This document shows, one piece after another, positions 47,997-59,704 of a stretch of 64,000 nt of DNA. Source of the DNA: Macrostomum lignano (taxonomy: Eukaryota); NCBI GenBank assembly GCA_002269645.1, contig NIVC01000870.1, positions 186,001 to 250,000 of the forward strand, written 5' to 3'. Numbering within the stretch: the stretch's first letter is position 1; each line of letters begins with the position of its first letter. The notes under the pieces were generated by a model. The model searched no databases and was not told where the DNA came from. It was given only the letters and a program-made list of their open reading frames with translations. A program made the translations under genes and the position numbers.

Positions 47997-49283
47997 ATGA
48001 ACGACCCACTGACACCAGTTTTCTACAGAATTAACAAGCCTATTTTGAGTGATGATAGCACAATCAAAGCGACTCAGGTAAGAGTTCCCAGTCAGGAAAA
48101 TCAGAATGAAACTAATCTTGGTCCTGGCCAAACACTGACATTTACATACAATGGATGTACGTCTTTGGTTAGTGTGCACAGTCTTAAGAGCGGCTTCCAT
48201 ATGAAATTTCAATTCAAGACAAAAGGTGGTGCGGATGCGGCTCGTGTTAACGTTGACAAGCATGATGCGGATGTGGCTCTGATCAGTAACTTTTGGGCGT
48301 ACATGTTCAAGGAGTTTAGTGTATCGAATGGGAGCATAGAGTTGGAGCGAATCGCCAACTTTGGAATTGTCTATGACGCTCATTGTTTGATCGAGAATCC
48401 TGATTTTATTCAGTTGGGAAGTGGTGCCGGTTTTATTGCAGATGAAAAAGAAGGAGACATCAATGACAGTGGCTATAAAAAGAGGAAGAAGAGATACAAC
48501 TATGCATTGCAAGGTGCTGATGATGCTGCTAAGAACCCGCTGTATCGGTCTGTTGATGTATTTGTACCACTGAGATTTATGAGTGGATTCTGTAATACAT
48601 TTAATCGACTGACTAGTAACTTTAGCTACACTTTTAAGATGACTAGAGATGATCGCAGTAGAGTGTTGTGGACTGGGGCGGACCACACAAGGATGGATGT
48701 GAAGCTAACCGGAATTGAGCTGTATTTGGAAGTCATTGAGCCAAATACCGCACTAAAAGCAGACTATCTTAAGGCAATAGAGAAGGACATTGATGTTGCA
48801 TACACAGCCTACATGTGTCGAGATGAGCGAAACGAAACTAGAACAAACATCTGCATCAAAGAGGGATCATGCAGCAATCCAAGGTATATTATTATTAACA
48901 TGAGAAACCCAAATAGCATTATACGCTACATGCATGGAGACGTGCGGTCCATTCAGCATGAAATCAGTGATAATCTTTACCCTGCACTGCCACAAAATGG
49001 AAATTTCAGTCAGAACAAGATTAGCAAATTTTACAGCGAGTTGGTCGACTTGGCTGTGAAAGAGAACAATGGAATTGCTATCACTGCTCTTCAATATGGA
49101 ACTCTATATCCGATGTTTGGCGCTGATGTGTCTGCCAGACAAATGCCTACTGATAACAGCCCTGTGAATATCGTGACTAACATTGAAAGGACTACCGCAA
49201 CACCCGTGGACCTGTACATTATCTATGCATTTGAGAGGAAGGTGAAGCTTAACATGATCAACAATTCATCCAGTAAAGTTTAA
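47997..49283 (+). CDS. Major capsid protein (double jelly-roll, hexon-like)
   Basis: Intact 428 aa: DDSTI, FVPLRFMSGF..LTSNFSYTFKMTR, PRYIII and LYPMFGADVS match the pattern of Polinton/adintovirus major capsid proteins. Confidence 0.78.
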   Translation: MNDPLTPVFYRINKPILSDDSTIKATQVRVPSQENQNETNLGPGQTLTFTYNGCTSLVSVHSLKSGFHMKFQFKTKGGADAARVNVDKHDADVALISNFWAYMFKEFSVSNGSIELERIANFGIVYDAHCLIENPDFIQLGSGAGFIADEKEGDINDSGYKKRKKRYNYALQGADDAAKNPLYRSVDVFVPLRFMSGFCNTFNRLTSNFSYTFKMTRDDRSRVLWTGADHTRMDVKLTGIELYLEVIEPNTALKADYLKAIEKDIDVAYTAYMCRDERNETRTNICIKEGSCSNPRYIIINMRNPNSIIRYMHGDVRSIQHEISDNLYPALPQNGNFSQNKISKFYSELVDLAVKENNGIAITALQYGTLYPMFGADVSARQMPTDNSPVNIVTNIERTTATPVDLYIIYAFERKVKLNMINNSSSKV

Positions 49284-49295
49284 ATATTTTTTTTT

Positions 49296-50186
49296 GTGAA
49301 AAAAATGGAAGCGATTTCTGAAAGACTAAATAATATTGTTTCTCACTCTAAGGAGAGCATTCCTATTACAATAACTGGGCGAATTAATGACTCAAACGGG
49401 ATATTTGTTGAAAAATTAGAGCAGGCGATTCGCCTGGATCCAGGTGCTAATTACCATGTCTATCTTAATGACTTCACTGGTTGGTCAAACGTTCCCAATG
49501 TGATGGCAGCAAATAATAAGTTTTATTACAAATGGAAAGGTGCAGCAGCAGAACCTGTGGTATTCCCTGTGAGCACGCAAAGTGTGGATACCTACAATTA
49601 CTTTCTAGAAAACGTTTTTACTAAAAGAGGCCATTTTGAGACACCTGATGCGAGTAAGCCAGATAAAAAACTGTTCCCTGTCAAACTATCCTATGATCTC
49701 ACTGTAATGAGAGTGGTCATGCAAGTTCACAAAAATGCGGAGGTTGAGTTTAAAGATGACACTTGGTATAGGGAATAAGGATTCGAGAAGAAAGTTTATA
49801 AGGCAGAATCCGCGGCGCGGACTGTCACTCAAGCAACGGGGGCTGTTATCATGGCCCGGGAAAGTGTACGCGGTTTGTTCTTAGCACCCAATATAGCAGA
49901 CATTGTAAAGGGTTTGAATATTCTAATCAGAACTAATCTCAGTCTTGATTGGGTATTTAAGGGAAAGCGAACTAATATTTTGTACAACATCTCCAACTCT
50001 GTAGCTGGAGGACAGATGGTGGTAGAGAAACCAAATCCAGTCAAAAGAGTTGTATTGAGTAATAAGGAAATTCACGAGATTGTGCTACAGTTTGAGACTG
50101 AAGATGGGGTAGGTGTTGATTTCAACGGTGAAGAGTTTGTATTGACGTTGATCATTGAGAGAATTTTAGAAATCACAATTGCCTAA
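49296..50186 (+). pseudogene. Minor capsid (penton-like) gene with one premature stop
   Basis: IRLDPGANYHVYL..WSNVPNV..NNKFYY and VDFNGEEFVLTLII. ORFs 49296..49778 and 49851..50186 are in the same frame, separated by TAA at 49776-49778. Confidence 0.8.
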
Positions 50187-50639
50187 TGATTTCTGCAAAG
50201 TTATAGTAGCTGTCGTAATCTTTTACATAGGTTACTCCATACTTATGAAACCAGTGTCTTTAGAGAGCTAGATTAATATTAGGGACATTGATATCAATGC
50301 CGGGCCAATATTTTCTCATGTACTCGCTGCATTCAAGTTTGCATCGGTACTTACTCTTGTAATTAGGCTCGTGCGCTTTGTAATAAGAACCTGGAGAGAC
50401 AGCTGGAAACATTTTTTATTAAGAATTTATTTTTTTTCAAAGGGTAAGGACCCTGCGCTGATGATTTAAGTCTTTGGGATCTGGTTTCGCTTTGCGAATT
50501 GAATGTGGGGAGAAGAATGCAGATTATTTTCTGATTGTTTTAGAGATGTTATGGGTGGATGTCAGTGGATGATGTCAGTGTCAGTGAGCATAACAGGTGT
50601 TAGTGGACACCTGCTATGCTCTGATTCTGTCAGGGATAA

Positions 50640-51020
50640 TGCTCTGATTCTGTCAGGGATAATATGGATGGATTTAGGTGGATTATGGAGGATGTTTTGT
50701 GAGCGAGTGCGACCCCCCTTTTTTCTGATTTTGTCAGGGATAATATAGATGGATTTAGGAGGATTATGTTCGAAGTTTTCGGAGCAAGTGCGACCCCCCT
50801 TTTTTCTGATTCTGTCAGGGATAATATAGATGGATTTAGGAGGATTATGTTCGAAGTTTTCGGAGCAAGTGCGACCCCCCTTTTTTCTGATTCTGTCAGG
50901 GATAATATGGATGGATTTAGGTGGATTATGGAGGAGGTTTTGTGAGCGAGTGCGACCCCCCTTTTTCTGATTCTGTCAGGGATAATATAGATGGATTTAG
51001 GTGTATTATGGAGGAGGTGA
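50640..51020. repeat. 81-bp tandem array in the Polinton-like terminal region
   Basis: CAGGGATAAT recurs with the marker A at 50659, 50740, 50821, 50902 and 50982. Confidence 0.92.
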
Positions 51021-51134
51021 AAAATTTTAAAATTAATTTGTCCCAGAAGCCCCCTCATGCATTCTACTGCTCATAAATTCACGTTCTGTATGCGAAATAA
51101 ACATGCGGAATAAATTAATGATTCATCAACAGTA

Positions 51135-52450
51135 TTATCGATTATCATCAGTAGGTACATGTATCATTGCGCCCTGCCATGGAATGGCACCATTGGGGCT
51201 GACGAAGAAGTCCCTCAGCAGCATCTGTTGCTCCCGAGCGGAGGCGCTGCTTCGATTTCCACCCAGATTCCGGGCTGGCATTACCCCGACGCTGCCTGTC
51301 ACGGTGGATCTCCATGAACCCTCCTGTACCTGGCCGGTGGGCAGTTCCTGGTCAACACTTCCAGGTGGCATGTAGGACCGAGCTGCTGTAATGTTGGCCT
51401 CGTCCTCTATTCGCATGAAGTTATGCAGTACGAATGCGCACCGAATAAAGGCCTCAACGTGATCGATTCTCGCTATGACAGGCCGCAGAAAGAGTCGCCA
51501 GCGAGTCACCAGGATTCCAAACGCATTCTCAATTGTGCGTCTTGCTCGAGACAGCCGGTAGTTGAACACTTGCGTCTTGTAGTCCAATGGTACCATTCCG
51601 CCGCGCCCAGGGAATGGGCGCATGAGATAATTCTTCAGCGGGAAAGCCTCATCACCGAAAATTGCAAATGGCATGACGAGGCTGCTGCCAGAAATGCAGG
51701 AAGGCTCCGGGACTTTCACCGATCCAGACTCCAATCCAGCGTACAAGGCTGAACGTGAGAAGACTCCAGCGTCTCCTTCTCTCCCTGCGCTGCCACTCTC
51801 TATGTACGTGAAGATGTAGTTACTGTCGCACATGGTGAGTACCAGTGAGCTGAACTGTTGCTTGTAATTGAAGTACTGGGAGCCGGTGTTTCTTGGACAA
51901 TGAACTTTGAAATGCTTGCCGTCAATTGCACCGAGGCAGTTCGGAAAATGCCACTTTTCCCAGAATCCACCAGCGATTGCTTTCCATTCTTCTGCAGATG
52001 CAGGAAACTTTAGATATGTTGACGCCAGCTTGTCGTAGATGGCAATCGCAGTCTCGAACACGACCCCTGACACAGTAGAGCGTCCTCGGCCAAATCGAAA
52101 CGACAAGTCGGCTTGGCTGCAACCCGAAGCCAGGTAGCAAAGCGTCATCATTAGCTTCTCCTCTGCCGGAACGGCCTCTCTTCTTGCACATGGCCTGGAG
52201 AGTTTGGTTGCAACCAGTGAAAGCAGATGCTCAAACCGAGCCGGGCGCATGCACATATACTTGAAGTACATCTCCTATCTCTATCTCGCAGATGTGGGAT
52301 CAATCCGGCAAACTCGCCAAGCTCTTCTCTTCGTTGATGACTCGGTCTCCGCCACCATCGCCTAGGGCGGCGGCCTTGCCTGATCAGCCTACGATGTTGC
52401 AGTATCGTTACGATTGCCAGTAGCAGTAGCTTCTTGGCTCGTGAAAGCAT
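51135..52450 (-). pseudogene. PIF/Harbinger DDE transposase with a single 1-bp frameshift
   Basis: GAIDGKH, GDEAFPL, RRTIENAFG. The N-terminus MLSRAKK..RRWW is in another frame, joined near 52270-52275. Confidence 0.92.
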
Positions 52451-52733
52451 GTTTGAAATCTGAAAGCTGGTCACGGCTTTCTGGTCAAGATTTCTTAGAT
52501 TGAAAACGCCCTGTCCGAAGCACAGATAGGGCTAGCACTAGACTGAATTACTTTATATACTCGTAACAGTGGCCAAGGGTCAAATATTGCCTATTATCTT
52601 CGCGGGTTAAATTGAACTGCATGGCGCTGCATCTATTTGAGGCCGATAGTAGCACCCGCTAGTAGTGGTCGCGCTGAGCTAGTAGATTTCCGAAAATCAG
52701 CTATTAGCTGTGAGCGTCAGCTATTTGCGGAAA

Positions 52734-52746
52734 TGTGAACCAGGCT
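52734..52746 (-). repeat. Harbinger-type terminal repeat
   Basis: AGCCTGGTTCACA on the minus strand, flanked by TTA at 52747-52749. Confidence 0.6.
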
Positions 52747-52859
52747 TTAGAGTGCAATAAAACTGCACGAGCCCAGTAGATTATCGGAGCACTTCGTAGC
52801 AAGCTAATCAATGCCACCCGCCGTCTCCGAGCTGCCACTCCATTCATCACTGCTAAATA

Positions 52860-53120
52860 GAGGCTTTTCATATTACCAATTCCAGAATCAGAATCGGTTC
52901 GGATCTTCCAAGAAAAACAGCAGTATAACTATTTAATTCTGGTGAATGTTTGACTGCTTTAACAACCTCACTTAGCACAATTTTCCACTTTCTTCTTGGC
53001 GATTGTCATTCAATAATAAAAACTTTATAGCACGTATCTCCCTCTAGTTATGGAGACAAAAAGTTATACTTCACAAATTGGTTCTGGTTCTGGAACCAGA
53101 ACAAGCAATATGAAAAGGCC
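52860..53120. mobile_element. MITE copy 2
   Basis: Near-identical to 27540-27807; flanks AATA(G)/AATA(G). Confidence 0.85.
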
Positions 53121-53618
53121 AATAGACTGCACCATATGAGTCGATTCGACCCTAAATTCTGAGCTAAATTTACGTTTGTTCGGGTTGCGTTCGCGTTTCT
53201 TTGGGACCCTCTTCACGTGTCTCCACGCATCCTCGCCGCCTCATCGCCTCACCTACTCCCCTCCTTACTCACCTGCACTCTTTGATTGGCTTGGAGTGTC
53301 TGTACGCCCCGACCCATCCCTCACCTCGCCTCTCGCTTCCTCATTCACCTCGGTGACTCCCGGGCCGGCTCCGAGTGGCTTATCCGCTCCGCTGCCCGCG
53401 GCCGTCTCCCGAGTCCTCCGTGACCGAGGAGTGTCTGTGCGCTCCCGACTCGCATCTCTCCCTCTTCCCCTCGGAGTGGCCACCCACCTCGAGGAGCGCC
53501 GGTCTTCCGCCCTCTGTCTATCCCTCCGCCGTGCATCCGGGGCAGTCCCGCACCAAACCCGCTACCTGGGGATAAAAACGACCGGGCTAGACGAGATCGC
53601 AGCCCGCGAGTACAACAT

Positions 53619-53636
53619 TGGCACCCAAACAGGGAC
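53619..53636 (+). promoter_or_regulatory. tRNA-Lys(UUU) primer-binding site
   Basis: TGGCACCCAAACAGGGAC versus canonical TGGCGCCCGAACAGGGAC, 1 nt after the LTR CA. Confidence 0.85.
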
Positions 53637-53737
53637 TGCTCAGCTTAGCTTGCAATGGCGAATGTAGACGATCCTTTAATGCGTACTGTGACTTGGCCGA
53701 GATCGTTGAATAACATCGTCGTGAGCATCTTCTAAGC

Positions 53738-54580
53738 ATGCTTGATCTGTCGACTGCCTATGCCGCTGTCGCGAATCTCAACCTGCCCGGACCAGAGGAT
53801 GAGAATCCACTGACCTACGAAGAGTTTACTGACAGGCTGGCGGCTCGCTTCTCAAGATACCAGACCGACCAAGACAGTAAGGTCGAGTTGAAGACCCAAG
53901 ACCAGAAGGAGGGCGAATCGTTAGAGACCTACGCTGACGTCCTGTTAGAGTTGGTACGCTGCGCCTACCCAACTGCCACCGCCGAGCTGCAGGATGACCT
54001 CGCCAAGGATCGCTTCATGCAAGGGGTGAGACTAACGGACCTTCAGTGGGAGAAGCTGTACCTGGAGCAGCCCAATGACCTTGTCGCTGCGCAACGGGTC
54101 GTCAGATAGCTCGAGGCCGCAGCAGCAAAGGCAGCCAAAGGACCGCGGCCGGCAGGAGCGACTGGTGGTGGTCATCGAGGGGTCTTCGTTGTCAGCGACA
54201 CTGACAGTCCAGCGCCACCAACGGGCGGAGCCTACTATGGAGACCACGACAAGAATAAGGAGCTAGAACAACTCCGGAATCAGCTAAAACAGCTTCAAGG
54301 CAAAGTAGTGCAACTCGAATCACAAAGGAGGACGCCGAAACAGGAGACCTTGCACCAATCGACAACTCAGCAATCGGAGCCTGCTCAAGAAGCTACCACA
54401 GGAGGTGCCAGTGGCCAAGAGCCAAAGCGCAACGCCAGTGACTCAGCGCCGAGAACCGAGATCCGCTGCTTCTTCTGCAAGGGCCCTGGACACATTGCTG
54501 CCAATTGCCCAAGCCGAGGACAGTCGGGAAACGCTAAGTGGGACTTCCGCAGGGGCAAGGATGTCCCACCCCGTCAGTAG
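53738..54580 (+). pseudogene. gag: Gag with one in-frame TAG (54107-54109)
   Basis: The two ORF-track pieces lie in the same frame; QKEGESLETYADVL and a CCHC knuckle are present. Confidence 0.85.
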
Positions 54581-56680
54581 CTGCTGCCCCGCAATGTGGA
54601 AAATCAGTCTCAGAGCACTATCCGTCCGCGAAGTCACAAGTAAGCTGTCGACCAAGAGAGGAGCATCCTGCTGAAATATTCTATCCAGTCTCCATGTATG
54701 TGTCTGTGAAGATTGCTGGAAAGGAACTATCGGCTCTGCTGGATTCGGGTTCGGGTTCATGTCCTTGGTGAACGAGAAAACCTGGCGACAGTTAAACAAG
54801 TCGTTAAAATTTGAGCTCAGCCCGCTGGACACTGACCTCGTCTCTGCCAACGGGACACCAATGAAAGTACTGGGATGCGTCTCGCTGCCTCTACAGCTGG
54901 GCCCTGAGGTGCTGCACACCCCCATCGCTGTTGTTCAAGGAGTCGGCTATGAGCTGCTGCTCGGCACTGATTTTCTGCGTCGGCATGGATGCCTGATCGA
55001 CTTCGCTGAAGGAGTCTTCCTCGCCAACGGTTCAAAAATTCCGATTCGCGAAACCAAACACAAACCAGTGGTGTGTCGGTTGTATGTGAACGAGAACATA
55101 GTCATCCCGGCCAATCACGAGATGACAGTATCAGCCAAAATTCGCAAGGCCGCTATTCAGAACTCCGGAGTGCTAGGACTCGTGGAGCCCGAAAATCGAA
55201 CAGGAAGCGACGACCGGCCTCTGATGGCCAGAAGTATGTGCCACCCTACCAGTGCGCTTCGCCAATGTCACCGACAGGGAACTGCGCCTTCGCAGAGGCT
55301 CACCAATCGGCTGGTTCCGTCCGGCTGACCCTACTCATAAGGTGCTGGTTGTCAGCGTCGGCGATGAAGTGGCGGCACCCACCTCGAAGAATCTTGACCC
55401 ATGGGATCTTGAAGCGGCGCTGATTAAACATGGATCCAAGAAGCTTACGGATGTCGATAAAAGAGACTTTCTTGATCTTGTTGGCCGCTACGCAGATGTC
55501 TTTGCTGAGGAAGCATCGCAGCTTCGAACAACAGACGTCGTGCAGCACGAGATCGAGACTACAGGGCCAGCAGTAAAACAACCCCACGTCACTTGCCGCC
55601 GCACTGGCGTGGTGAGGTCGACCGACAAATAGACGAACTGCTAGCAGCAAAGAAAATCGAACCGACTCAATCGCCGTGGAGTTCACCAGTGGTGTGCGTG
55701 CAGAATAAAGACGGCGAGCTATGACTATGCGTCGATTACCGAGAATTGAATCAGCGGACCGTCAAGGATGCGATTGCGATCCCACGCGTGGACAACGCCC
55801 TCGAAGCACTGAGAGGTGCCGCTGTGTTCTCAACGCTCGAACTTTTCTCCGGTTACTGGCAGGTCGCGGTGAAGAAGGAAGACCAACACAAGACGGCTTT
55901 TGTGATTCCACACCGAGGACAATTTGCATTCAAGGTCCTACCATTTGGGCTGACAAACGCACCGGCGACGTTCACCCGATTGATGAGTATGGTGCTACAC
56001 GATCTTCTATGGAAAATTGTGCTTGTGTACATTGATGATATCATCATCTGGTCTCGGACGGTTAGCGAGCATCTATCCAGCCTCGAAGCAGTGTTTCAAC
56101 GCCTGCGGACGGCCAATCTAAAGTTAAAACCATCGAAGTGCCGATTTCTGGCAGACAAAGTCAAATTATTGGGACATGTCGTCTCGGAAGACGGCATAGA
56201 CGTTGACCCTGACAAGATCAAGGAAGTGAAAGACTGGAATGTTCCAAGAAACGTGAAAGAGCTGCAATCGTTTCTAGGACTGGCTGGTTACTACAGGAAC
56301 TTCATACCAGACTTCTCGCTCGTCGCCGCGCCGCTTTTCGACCTGACAAGAAGGGACAAGAACTTAAACTGGAGCACAGAACAGGATGAAGCCTTCTGGA
56401 AGCTGAAAGAAGAACTGACAGGATGTCGCGTTATGGCCTACTCGAATTTCGATGACAAAGCTGGAGACTTTATTTTGGACACCGATGGAAGCACCCGGCA
56501 GGGCCTTGGAGCGGTTCTGTCGCAAATTCAGGACGATGGATCCGAACGAGTCATCGCGGATGGAAGTCGACGTTTACAGGGTGCGGAGTTCAACTGTTGC
56601 ACGACGAGAATCAAGCTTCTGGCCTTGGTAACATTCGCAGAGAAGTTTCGCTACTATCTGCTTGGTCGGAAGAGCGATCA
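54538..56680 (+). pseudogene. pol: pol (PR-RT-RNase H) with frameshifts
   Basis: ALLDSGS; LPFGLTNAPATF; YIDDIII; LQSFLGLAGYYRNFI; GLGAVLSQ. Confidence 0.92.
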
Positions 56681-56699
56681 ATCCACTGTCAAAACGAAT

Positions 56700-56970
56700 T
56701 ATATGGTACAAATAATAACTGTTTCTTACCCACTGTTTCACCCACTGTTTCTCACCCATTGTTTCTCGGAGAGTAGGGAGAGAGAGTTTGAGTGGAGGGA
56801 GGCTGAGAGTAAAGAGAGGGTGAGAAGTGGAGAGATGCCGAGAGTTGAGAGAAACTGAGAGTAAAGAGAGGGTGGGATTGGAGAGATGCTGAGAGTTGAG
56901 AGAGACTGATATTAAAGAGAGGGTGAGAGTGGAGGGAGGCTGATAGTGGAGAGAGGGTGAAAAGAGAGAC
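56700..56970. repeat. GA-rich degenerate tandem repeat at the truncation point
   Basis: GAGAGTAAAGAGAGGGTG-like units. Confidence 0.75.
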
Positions 56971-57464
56971 TTCTGAGAGATGATTTCCTGATCCAATTTA
57001 GCTGTACAGAGCATGGATATATACCTATCACACGTACAATGTGCATACTGTATACCAGGTCGATCATTGCGAATTGATGGCATGGTAAATTAAAAGCAAG
57101 TGTAGCGATATACTGTCCGTCTGTTGTATGGTATAGACCAGAACTGCATGTACATGCACGAGTACACTGGTACCCAATGTGATGTACAAATGTACAATTG
57201 TAGCTATTTATTCGTGCAAATAGTTTTAGAACCTATTTTTTAATGAACAGGGAGAACATCCGAAATCAAAGTAAACAATTACATGTACACGTATATGCAC
57301 TTTCGTGCCATAAATTTTGAATACATTAAGATCGAGCGATCACAGTAGTAACTTTTGAGTGAGTGATCAGTGTGCGAGTGAGTGAGTGAGTGAGTGAGAT
57401 AGAGGGTGAGAGAGTGAGTAGTGAGTTAGTGATTGAGTGATTCAAAAGTGAGTATGAAAACTGC

Positions 57465-58218
57465 TGTCACGGTTTTGTAGTCGTTGTAGTCCCAAATTAA
57501 TGGTGAAGTCAAACTCTTGCGGAGTGGGTTGTGTAGCGGAAGCACTTGGCGTATGATGGCAGAGGACTGCCGTAAACCGTTTATTGTCGTTATCAATATG
57601 ATTAATGTCAATACCAGAGTTATAGCGTTCTGGGGCACTGGCGGCTGCAACAATGGGTCGATGTAATTGAAGTTATGAAGTCAAGCAGATGATGAAGGAT
57701 GATGGTGAAGCAAAGTAGCAAGTGGTGGCGCTGAGTACGGTGGTAGCAGTGACTAGCAAGTAGACAAGTAGTGGCGTGATTGGGCGCTAGCCCGTGGCAG
57801 TACAAGGTGGAGCACACGAAGGCGTAAACAAGTCTGGCCCAGACAGGGTGGGCCGTGGCGAGAGATAAGGAGGCACGAAGAAGGGAAGAAGGAACGCACG
57901 AACGGGATAGGAGAGGCAGCCAGATAACCCCCAGCCCGCCGCCAGGCGGGGTTAATAAAGGAGCGCAGGAGGGTTAGCATAATATATGCGGGGAGTTTTT
58001 ATTGGCTGGCGGGGGAAAAGCGAGAACTGAAATTATTGATCGCGCGAGACCCTACAGACGTACGCAGAGCTTACAAAGTACGCAATGATTAGCAATTGAT
58101 ACAGATTCGTTGGGCGCTACTACAAGTAAACGTGAGAATACACGATTGGAGAATATTAAATGAGAAATTGTAGTCCAACGGCCCTTTTGCGGGACCACTT
58201 AAAACTGACAACGTTACA
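57465..58218 (-). mobile_element. Solo LTR related to the element 2 LTR
   Basis: TG...CA ends. Collinear, diverged match to 35137-36021 (e.g. CCTCCTTATCTCTCGCCACGGCCC, CATTGTTGCAGCCGCCAGTGCCC). No TSD seen. Confidence 0.82.
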
Positions 58219-58314
58219 GAAACATTTTATTAATAAATACGATAGTATAACTTCTTGTGGTTCTTGTCATAGTAGCTCACTATAGGTAATTGTTAACTAT
58301 TACCTTGTAATTTA

Positions 58315-59343
58315 CAAGGACTTCTAGACTAACAGGACGTAAAACTCAAAGATCGTGCAATTTTTTGGAGGCCACGATTTCCTGGAAAAAATACACTGCG
58401 AAGATAGGAAAAAATCTGTTTTTCGTCACAAAATCTGTGATTGTATTTGATCTGGGGCAGTGAAGACTACCATTCTTTTAATTTACCATGCACAACATGT
58501 TACTCTATTATATTTTCATATAGCTATGTAATGAAGTTTTAATTTTCATATTGTTTTCACTTTATTTCATAAGCCCAAAGTTGCAAACTCACAAGTGGCA
58601 TTAGCCAAATATCAAATTCAATAAAAGAAAAGCTATTCAAATTTGTAATATAATAATATTTTTAGCCTTTAAAATAAAAATTATAAAAGGACTAATCAAT
58701 GTTTTTTCTTATAGATACCTAGTAAAAATGGTTAGGGCCTATTTTTGTGATTAAGTCTATTCTTCTTAAATCTTAGTCTTAAATATAGGCTTAGCTTAAA
58801 AACTGATAATACAGCTTTCTCAAGCCTAGGTAACCAACCATATGAAACTATGTATTGGTAATCTATATATAATAAAAAAATCATTGTCTAAATTTAATTA
58901 CTTATTAGGCTAGATAGTGTAGTGATAGGTCTAGTTCTAGTAGGCCTAGGAATTAGTATAGTTACTAAACCTACAATAATAGCTTAAGACTAAGAGTACC
59001 TACTTGCAATGTTTTTATACTTTATTTTAAAAAGAACAACACAAAAAGTTTGGCTAATGCCACTTGTGAGTTTGCAACTTTGGGCTTATGAAATAAAGTG
59101 AAAACAATATGAAAATGAAAACTTCACTACACAGCTATATGAAAATATAATAGAGTAACATGTTGTGCATGGTAAATTAAAAGAATGGTAGTCTTCACTG
59201 CCCCAGATCAAATACAATCACAGATTTTGTGACGAAAAACAGATTTTTTCCTATCTTCGCAGTGTATTTTTTCCAGGAAATCGTGGCCTCCAAAAAATTG
59301 CACGATCTTTGAGTTTTACGTCCTGTTAGTCTAGAAGTCCTTG
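58315..59343. mobile_element. Non-autonomous P-superfamily-like element with 295-bp TIRs
   Basis: CAAGG...CCTTG; arms 58315-58609 and 59049-59343 differ at 3 positions by eye; TSD GTAATTTA on both sides. Confidence 0.85.
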
Positions 59344-59704
59344 GTAATTTACCAGAAATTTCTTCCACATGACGTAAATATAGCCGTTTTGTTATTTATA
59401 CCGTCACCGACTCAGGTTTTTTTATGCAGAAGTTTGGATTTGCACCCACTTTTTTGACACTGGATGCAACTTGTGCATCTCATTTTTTGAGATCAAGATG
59501 CATGCAAGTCATTTTTTTAGCAAAAGTTACAAACAAAACATCATGCATTAATATATTGTTTCAATACTTTTTTGAATTTTCATTGAATACTTTCCCTAAA
59601 TTTCTACTTGTTTTTCTTCCTATGATTAAAAATGCATTTCTTAGTTTTTGCGCGAATTTGAATTTGAAATAGTTTATCGAATGGTAAGCAAATAATAATA
59701 CAAT

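Larger units (their letters stand above)
46175..51068. mobile_element. Polinton/Maverick (adintovirus-like) endogenous virus, terminal 4.9 kb
   Basis: Compact intronless gene block with capsid-like ORFs, an 81-bp tandem subterminal array and a terminus reading 5'-AGTAG. Confidence 0.82.
53177..56680 (+). mobile_element. Ty3/gypsy LTR retrotransposon 3, decayed and 3'-truncated within RNase H
   Basis: Putative LTR 53177-53617 (TGTT..AACA), PBS-Lys, gag (CFFCKGPGHIAANC), LLDSGS, RT (VYIDD) and RNase H (LDTDGS). Confidence 0.92.

Noticed and set aside
47970-48686. 238-aa antisense ORF
   Set aside because: It is a shadow of the capsid gene with no recognisable motif.
50458-50520. Possible hammerhead ribozyme (CTGATGA)
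   Set aside because: No stem II followed by GAAA in this copy or the other two.
50640-51020. CRISPR-like regular repeats (also 33200-33680)
   Set aside because: The units are contiguous with no unique spacers, there are no cas genes, and the context is eukaryotic.
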